Of a stretch of 10,027 nt of DNA, positions 5,005 to 10,027 are shown piece by piece. Source of the DNA: a virus (taxonomy: Duplodnaviria > Heunggongvirae > Uroviricota > Caudoviricetes); the IMG/VR virus record IMGVR_UViG_3300015186_000054; one strand, written 5' to 3'. The notes under the pieces were generated by a model, which was given only the letters and a program-made list of their open reading frames with translations, ran no database searches and was not told the DNA's origin. Position numbers and translations under genes: made by a program. Within the stretch, counting starts at the first letter, position 1. Every line of letters starts with the position of its first letter.

Positions 5005-5304
5005 ATGAACGTTAATCAGCAGAAAAATCTTCAAAAAATCATGCTGGCATTCGATAAGGACTACCGCCTGTCAGAACAGCTATATGACCGACAAGTTGAA
5101 CTGATTGAGAGCATCCGACTTCATCAACTGTCCTCAACTTTCGACGTTGTAACAGGCAAAGGCGTTCGTCAGGAAGTACTGGAGGCTGCTAAAGACAGCC
5201 CTGAGTTCGAAGAACTGATGGATGCCTACCGTCGCGAGGCAATGGCAATTATCGCCCGCTGGGATCTGGCTGATCAGATTGATGGGCAGAGGGACGCGGC
5301 ATGA
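5005..5304 (+). CDS. hypothetical phage protein (99 aa)
   Basis: Track ORF 4990..5304. I prefer ATG 5005 (MNVNQQKNLQ...) because SD GGAGG lies 7 nt upstream. Its stop overlaps the ATG of the exonuclease gene (ATGA). No family recognised. Confidence 0.55.
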   Translation: MNVNQQKNLQKIMLAFDKDYRLSEQLYDRQVELIESIRLHQLSSTFDVVTGKGVRQEVLEAAKDSPEFEELMDAYRREAMAIIARWDLADQIDGQRDAA

Positions 5305-6200
5305 TGCGGAACGCTGGAATCATGGATAGAACAAAATACATCGGAGGAAGCGATGTTGCAGGGATTCTTGGAATTAGCCCATGGCGCACCCCGCTTGAGG
5401 TTTATCTGGATAAGGTCCAGCCACGTGTCAAACCAGTAGACCCAAGCAAGCAGAAAGTTTTCACGCGTGGCCAGCGTATGGAGCCATACGTAATAGACCT
5501 GCTTTCTGAGGAAACAGGGATGGAAATCGTTCATCGCGGAAACCGCTATATCCACCGTGATTACGATTTTATTGCAGCTGAGATCGATGCAGAAGCAGCG
5601 TCAGGCGAGAACATTGAGATCAAAACAGTTAGTCCGTTCAAAGCCAAAGAATGGGGAGAAATCCAGACAGATGCAATTCCTGTGCATTACACGGCCCAGG
5701 CCATGCACGGGTTGATGGTTACAAACAAACAGGTATGCGTTTTCGGTGTGCTTATCGGTGGCGACGACTTCCGAATCTATCGGGTTGAGCGTGATGAAGA
5801 AACTATCCAGGCGATCTTAGAAAAAGAAATCGCTTTCTGGGACCGAGTGAAAAATCTTAACCCGCCGGAAGCTACCAGCGTAAGCGATGTATCGCTGATG
5901 TTTGAGAAAGATGCCGGGACAAGTATCGAGGCTGACGGAAAGGCACTCGCACTATTCAACGATCTACGAGACATGAAGTCACGCAGAAAATCACTGGAAG
6001 AAGAAATAGCTATATCAGAAGAGAAGCTGAAGATGTACATGCAAGAGCACTCAGTCCTGACCCTGGACGGAAAGCCGCTCTGCACATGGAAATCTCAGAT
6101 CAGCAACAGATTCGACCAGAAGCTATTCCAGTCAGTACACCCTGAGTTATTCGAAAAATTCAAAACAACAACGACACAACGCGTCTTCAGAATGAAGTAA
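5301..6200 (+). CDS. YqaJ/lambda-Exo-type phage exonuclease (recombination partner of RecT)
   Basis: 299-aa ORF. N-terminal KYIGGSDVAGILGISPWRTPLEVYL is the characteristic YqaJ viral-recombinase-domain signature. Immediately upstream of a RecT gene. SD AGAGGGA upstream. Confidence 0.85.
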   Translation: MMRNAGIMDRTKYIGGSDVAGILGISPWRTPLEVYLDKVQPRVKPVDPSKQKVFTRGQRMEPYVIDLLSEETGMEIVHRGNRYIHRDYDFIAAEIDAEAASGENIEIKTVSPFKAKEWGEIQTDAIPVHYTAQAMHGLMVTNKQVCVFGVLIGGDDFRIYRVERDEETIQAILEKEIAFWDRVKNLNPPEATSVSDVSLMFEKDAGTSIEADGKALALFNDLRDMKSRRKSLEEEIAISEEKLKMYMQEHSVLTLDGKPLCTWKSQISNRFDQKLFQSVHPELFEKFKTTTTQRVFRMK

Positions 6201-6209
6201 GGAGAAAAA

Positions 6210-7232
6210 ATGTCTATCAATGCACTTAAGGCAGCGGCTACCGGTAACCAAGTTGCACATCATAATGAGAAACCAACAACTCTGGCCGGACTTCTGGCAG
6301 ACCCAAAAATTAAAGCTCAGATGGCTTTGGCACTTCCAAAGCACATGACAGCAGACCGTCTGGCGCGCATAGCAACCACAGAGATCCGAAAGGTTCCAAA
6401 ACTTGCATCATGCGACCAAGCCAGCTTCCTGGGGGCAATTATGCAATGTGCCCAATTGGGTCTTGAACCAGGCGGAGCTCTTGGACACGCTTACCTGATA
6501 CCGTTCGACAAACGCCAGAAAGTAAATGGAAGATGGGAAACCGTATCTACAGAAGCACAGCTGATTATCGGCTATCGCGGAATGATTGACCTTGCCCGCC
6601 GCTCTGGGCAGATCCTGAGTATCTCGGCTCGTACCGTACATACAAACGACAAATTCAGCTACTCATACGGCCTGGAAGAAACGCTCGAGCATTTACCTTG
6701 CGAAACAGGTGACCGCGGAGAATTAACGCACGTTTACGCCGTTGCACGACTGAAAGATGGCGGAGTCCAATTTGAAGTTATGAGCCGGGCAGACGTTGAG
6801 AAAGTTCGTGCACTGAGCAAAGCCGGTAGCAGTGGCCCATGGGTTGATCACTTCGATGAGATGGCTAAAAAAACAGTAATTCGCCGACTGTTCAAATATC
6901 TTCCTGTTTCTATTGAAATGCAGAAGGCTGTTGTTATGGATGAGCGCGCTGAAGCTGGACTTAGCCAAGATAACGCAGCTGTTATCACTGGTGAATATTC
7001 CGTAGTTGACGATGAGCGTCAACACCTATCGCCAATTTCAGATTCAGAACGAGAAGAAGCTCGAGAATATATCATCGCGATACTTAATAGCCTGGATCCA
7101 TCTGCTGAAGATGCAAAAACGATGTTCAAGCGCGCTGAAAATGAAATTAACACCATGGCTGACAAGCTCGGTGATGAATATCACCAAAAATTCATGATGA
7201 CGCTTAACGATATGCGTCCAGAATTCGAGTAA
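6210..7232 (+). CDS. recT: RecT-family single-strand annealing recombinase
   Basis: 340-aa ORF. GHAYLIPFDKRQKVNGRWETVSTEAQLIIGYRGMIDLARRSGQI matches the RecT/Red-beta core as recalled. SD AAGGAG 6 nt upstream of ATG 6210. Confidence 0.9.
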   Translation: MSINALKAAATGNQVAHHNEKPTTLAGLLADPKIKAQMALALPKHMTADRLARIATTEIRKVPKLASCDQASFLGAIMQCAQLGLEPGGALGHAYLIPFDKRQKVNGRWETVSTEAQLIIGYRGMIDLARRSGQILSISARTVHTNDKFSYSYGLEETLEHLPCETGDRGELTHVYAVARLKDGGVQFEVMSRADVEKVRALSKAGSSGPWVDHFDEMAKKTVIRRLFKYLPVSIEMQKAVVMDERAEAGLSQDNAAVITGEYSVVDDERQHLSPISDSEREEAREYIIAILNSLDPSAEDAKTMFKRAENEINTMADKLGDEYHQKFMMTLNDMRPEFE

Positions 7233-7240
7233 CCACCACC

Positions 7241-7259
7241 GCGGCGCCACGCGCGCCGC
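7241..7259 (+). other. GC-rich hairpin between recT and the AlpA-like gene (no U-tract)
   Basis: GCGGCGC (7241-7247), loop CACGC, GCGCCGC (7253-7259): perfect 7-bp G/C stem, not followed by a T-run. Confidence 0.4.
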
Positions 7260-7281
7260 ACTGCAACCAAGAGAGGTATTT

Positions 7282-7530
7282 ATGAAAGGTGCATTAGGTA
7301 AGAAGGAACTCCTGGCGGTGGTGCCACTGTCATGGAGCACTATCGACCGTATGGAGCGCGCAGGGGAATTTCCTAAACGCTGGTATATCACCGATAAACG
7401 CTGCGCATGGAACCGTGATGAAGTTGAGCGTTGGCTTGATGAACGTCAGGCAGCAAGCCCGGCAGAGTTCCAGGGTAAAAAACCTCCTGTTCAGCAACGT
7501 GTATATCGTCCCGTGAGCAACGCGGCATGA
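7282..7530 (+). CDS. AlpA/Xis-family DNA-binding protein (excisionase or transcriptional regulator)
   Basis: 82-aa ORF. LLAVVPLSWSTIDRMERAGEFPKRWYITDKRCAWNRDEVERWLDERQ is the typical AlpA/phage-excisionase pattern. SD GAGAGG upstream. Confidence 0.75.
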   Translation: MKGALGKKELLAVVPLSWSTIDRMERAGEFPKRWYITDKRCAWNRDEVERWLDERQAASPAEFQGKKPPVQQRVYRPVSNAA

Positions 7531-7643
7531 GTGTGCTGCTAAGGCACTGGAGCAAATGGTCAGGATGGTACTTATTCCTGGCCTCTGTTTCTGCATGGCT
7601 TTATCTGCTGGCATTAATTTTCAGAGAGGGTTGGATTAAGTGA
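7527..7643 (+). CDS. hypothetical 38-aa single-pass membrane peptide
   Basis: Not in the ORF track. ATG 7527 overlaps the AlpA stop (ATGA) and its TGA at 7641-7643 overlaps the GTG start of the next gene (GTGA). Translation MSVLLRHWSKWSGWYLFLASVSAWLYLLALIFREGWIK has one hydrophobic Trp-flanked segment. Coding status inferred from the double coupling. Confidence 0.35.
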   Translation: MSVLLRHWSKWSGWYLFLASVSAWLYLLALIFREGWIK

Positions 7644-7939
7644 GAAAGTTAAGCCGACTTGATAAATATCACATGAACAAGGTTTCAATGCGCAGCCCTT
7701 CAAAGGTTGTTGCCGTTACTCCTGCGGCGATAGAGATCGAAAAACGCGCGATTGAAAGAGAGAAAAAAGGGCAATTCCGCATTGCCGCTCACCTTTGGCT
7801 TCAGTGTATGGATGTTGCTTCTGGTGATGTTGAACGTGCAAGGATCGCGGTTCGCAGGGACCAATGTATCACAAAAAGTAACGGCCTTCGCCGTGGCGAC
7901 TATAGCGGCATAGGATGTTGCGGGGTGGTTTATGACTAA
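7640..7939 (+). CDS. hypothetical small protein, possibly ANR-family regulator-like
   Basis: Track ORF 99 aa, GTG start with a purine-rich stretch (AGAGAGGG) about 10 nt upstream. EREKKGQFRIAAHLWLQCMDVASGDVERARIAVRRDQC resembles my memory of the ANR-family pattern found downstream of alpA in P4-like elements; unverified. Confidence 0.5.
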   Translation: MRKLSRLDKYHMNKVSMRSPSKVVAVTPAAIEIEKRAIEREKKGQFRIAAHLWLQCMDVASGDVERARIAVRRDQCITKSNGLRRGDYSGIGCCGVVYD

Positions 7940-8582
7940 GAAATACACACTAATCTATGCAGATCCACCCTGGGTATACCGGGATAAAGCCGCAGATGGT
8001 AATCGCGGTGCCGGTTTTAAATATCCGGTTATGAGTGTGCTGGATATCTGCCGCCTTCCTGTGTGGGATTTGGCCGATGAAAACTGTCTATTGGCCATGT
8101 GGTGGGTGCCAACACAACCACTCGAAGCACTAAAAGTTGTTGAAGCCTGGGGATTCCGTCTGATGACCATGAAGGGCTTCACGTGGATAAAATGTGGTAG
8201 TCGACAACCAGATAAACTGGTTATGGGTATGGGACACATGACTCGCGCCAATAGTGAAGATTGCCTGTTTGCGGTAAAGGGAAAACTACCTCCGCGCATT
8301 AATGCAGGTATCGTTCAGTCATTTACCGCACCGCGGCTTGAGCATTCAAGAAAACCAGATGTCGTTCGTGAAAAACTTGTGCAATTATTAGGCGATGTTT
8401 CTCGCATTGAACTGTTCGCCCGCCAGACGTCTCATGGCTTCGATGTTTGGGGTAATCAGTGCGAAGACCCGGCAGTGCAACTACACCCTGGATACGCGTT
8501 GGATATTGGCGGATTAACAAATGCATTCAGCAATGCTCCGCTGTCACCAACAGACAACCAGGGGCGGGAGCGTGCTGCATGA
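7932..8582 (+). CDS. MT-A70-family DNA N6-adenine methyltransferase, orphan (no restriction partner in window)
   Basis: 216-aa ORF. N-terminal LIYADPPWVY (DPPW catalytic motif) followed by CLLAMWW and GFTWIK, typical of MT-A70-like methyltransferases. ATG 7932 overlaps the upstream stop by 8 nt; SD GGGGTGG. Confidence 0.85.
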   Translation: MTKKYTLIYADPPWVYRDKAADGNRGAGFKYPVMSVLDICRLPVWDLADENCLLAMWWVPTQPLEALKVVEAWGFRLMTMKGFTWIKCGSRQPDKLVMGMGHMTRANSEDCLFAVKGKLPPRINAGIVQSFTAPRLEHSRKPDVVREKLVQLLGDVSRIELFARQTSHGFDVWGNQCEDPAVQLHPGYALDIGGLTNAFSNAPLSPTDNQGRERAA

Positions 8583-8773
8583 ACAGGGCATCACCAGCAG
8601 ATTTAAGAAAATGCCTTGAAACTGCAAACATGCTTGCACACAGCGGGATCAGGTTTGTTCCAATTCCCGCTGTCACTGATGCTGAATTTGCAACACTGTC
8701 AGCAATATTCGAAAACAAAATTGAATCACTGGCAGCAGAAGCAGAGATGGAAGAAAATCAGCAGAACTATTAA
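8579..8773 (+). CDS. hypothetical phage protein (64 aa)
   Basis: Track ORF 8459..8773. I prefer ATG 8579 (MNRASPADLRK...), which overlaps the methyltransferase stop (ATGA) and has GGGAG upstream. Ends 3 bp from the integrase stop. Confidence 0.5.
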   Translation: MNRASPADLRKCLETANMLAHSGIRFVPIPAVTDAEFATLSAIFENKIESLAAEAEMEENQQNY

Positions 8774-8776
8774 ACG

Positions 8777-10027
8777 TTATTCCCCCGCCATCCACTTCTC
8801 AAACTTCGACGGGGAGAACGGAATAAGATCCGTATGCTCCCCGTTAATCCAGGAATCAATCATATCGGCCCACTGCTGCAACATGTAGGCGCGCTGTCTG
8901 GCGTATTCCGCTTTGTTATATACGGCGCGCACACCTTTCTGCTCATGTGCCAGAGCCTTTTCAATCCAGTCTGAAGGATAACCAGCCTCATGCAACAACG
9001 TACTTGCTGTACGGCGCATATCGTGTACGGTGAAGTCCTGAATATGCTCACCATCTTCATTTATTATTTTCACCGTTCTGTCGATCAGAGAGTTCAGCGC
9101 GGCATTAGATAATGGCTTCCGGAAATTGTAACGACCAGGAACCAGATATTCACTTCCACCAGCGCACATCTGCAACCCGACCAATATATCCTGAGCCTGT
9201 TTAGGCAGGTAAATAACATGCGCCCGGCTTCCCTTCATGCGGTCTGAAGGAATTGTCCATGTCCATTTTTTAAAATCTATTTCATCCCACGTTGCATTGG
9301 TGAATTCGCCCTTACGAACCATAGTGATAAGCACCAGTTTTAAAGCCATTTTCATAGTGCCCATAGCACCAATGGCATCCAACGTGCGGAAGAACAGGCC
9401 AATTTCTTCTGGTGTCAGTGTTCGCTCTCGTGGTTTAAATATGGCGATAGACGAAGGCTTAATGTCAGCCGCAGGATTAAACAAACCATGACCACGGTCA
9501 TTGGCGTGACGGTATACGCTGCTGATGATCTCCCTGGCCTGCACTGCTGTTGCCCGGCCACCGCGTTCGACAATCCGGTCACACAAATCACGAACCATCG
9601 ATGTGGTAATTTCAGCCATCATTTTGTTGCCAAGAACCGGAAGTATGTCACGGTCGATCACTGCCTGCTTCATTGCGCGGGTACTTTCAGCCAGGATGAC
9701 GTGTTTCATATAACTGTCGGTATGTACCGCAAACGTTTCGGCACCACGAATCTTTTTGATACCGTCACGTTTAGCCGCAGCCGGTGACTGGCCTGCTTTA
9801 AGCAGCTTCTTTGCAGCAATCAGTTCTTCCCGCGCTTCTGCCAGGCTGATACCGTCACGCCCATACTGCCCGATTACCAGTGTTTCGCGGCGACCGTTGA
9901 TACGGTAGTCATAACGAAATGAGACCGTGCCTGACGTAAGCACAGCTACATACAGCCCGTCACGATCGGAGACCTTGTACAGTTTGTCCTGCGGCTTGAG
10001 GTTTTTTAATTTTGTATCGGTAAGCAC
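8777..10027 (-). CDS. int: tyrosine recombinase, P4/IntS-type phage integrase
   Basis: 416-aa ORF. N-terminus LTDTKLKNLKPQDKLYKVSDRDGLYVAVLTSG is an integrase SAM-like N-domain. C-terminal HDMRRTASTLL ... LAHEQKGVRAVYNKAEY carries the His/Arg box and catalytic Tyr pattern. The first codon is GTG at 10027-10025, exactly at the window edge. Confidence 0.9.
   Translation of the reverse strand: MLTDTKLKNLKPQDKLYKVSDRDGLYVAVLTSGTVSFRYDYRINGRRETLVIGQYGRDGISLAEAREELIAAKKLLKAGQSPAAAKRDGIKKIRGAETFAVHTDSYMKHVILAESTRAMKQAVIDRDILPVLGNKMMAEITTSMVRDLCDRIVERGGRATAVQAREIISSVYRHANDRGHGLFNPAADIKPSSIAIFKPRERTLTPEEIGLFFRTLDAIGAMGTMKMALKLVLITMVRKGEFTNATWDEIDFKKWTWTIPSDRMKGSRAHVIYLPKQAQDILVGLQMCAGGSEYLVPGRYNFRKPLSNAALNSLIDRTVKIINEDGEHIQDFTVHDMRRTASTLLHEAGYPSDWIEKALAHEQKGVRAVYNKAEYARQRAYMLQQWADMIDSWINGEHTDLIPFSPSKFEKWMAGE

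Noticed and set aside
5777-7025. Minus-strand ORFs inside the exonuclease and recT genes (5777-6085, 6408-6641, 6723-7025)
   Set aside because: They lie antisense within well-supported conserved genes, with no start signals and low-complexity translations.
8459-8578. Longer upstream extension of the 64-aa ORF (track start 8459)
   Set aside because: It would overlap the 3' end of the methyltransferase gene by 120 nt. ATG 8579 with ATGA coupling and an upstream GGGAG is more parsimonious.
8784-8826. Imperfect inverted repeat (TTCCCCCG ... CGGGGAGAA) at the int / early-left junction as a bidirectional terminator
   Set aside because: The loop is about 23 nt, there is a mismatch in the stem and no U-tract, and it lies inside the integrase coding sequence.
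1-10027. CRISPR arrays, tRNA/tmRNA genes, rRNA, IS elements and terminal inverted repeats
   Set aside because: No regularly spaced direct repeats, no cloverleaf-like conserved tRNA segments and no transposase-like ORFs were seen. The integrase target (probably a tRNA) must lie beyond position 10027.

Overview
This window reads as the integration, early-left, immunity and replication segment of a lambdoid prophage in an enterobacterial-type genome; no host genes, rRNA, tRNA, CRISPR array or IS element are visible. All protein-family calls rest on reading the translations and recalling families from memory; no database search was run. Right edge: a P4/IntS-type tyrosine integrase on the minus strand whose start codon is the last three bases of the window, so the att site and any tRNA target lie beyond 10027. 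Converging on it is a plus-strand, translationally coupled operon: YqaJ/lambda-Exo-type exonuclease, RecT, AlpA/Xis-like regulator, a 38-aa membrane peptide absent from the ORF track, an ANR-like small protein, an MT-A70-family adenine methyltransferase and a 64-aa protein. Centre: a tandem-HTH repressor with no S24 autoprotease domain, divergent from a Cro/YdaS-like regulator. Further along the minus strand: a zinc-ribbon protein, a replication initiator with a DnaT-like C-terminus that carries probable ori iterons, a lambda-P-like helicase loader, a DUF1064 protein, two hypothetical proteins and a 3'-truncated gene at the left edge that the ORF track missed. The strongest non-coding signal, and my best candidate for something undescribed, is a 15-bp dyad TTACC-N5-GGTAA (usually ATTACC-N5-GGTAAT) present eight times, only in intergenic DNA. 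It marks four putative repressor-controlled regions, two of them duplicated promoter-operator cassettes with identical geometry, each following an intrinsic terminator, with no N-like antiterminator visible.
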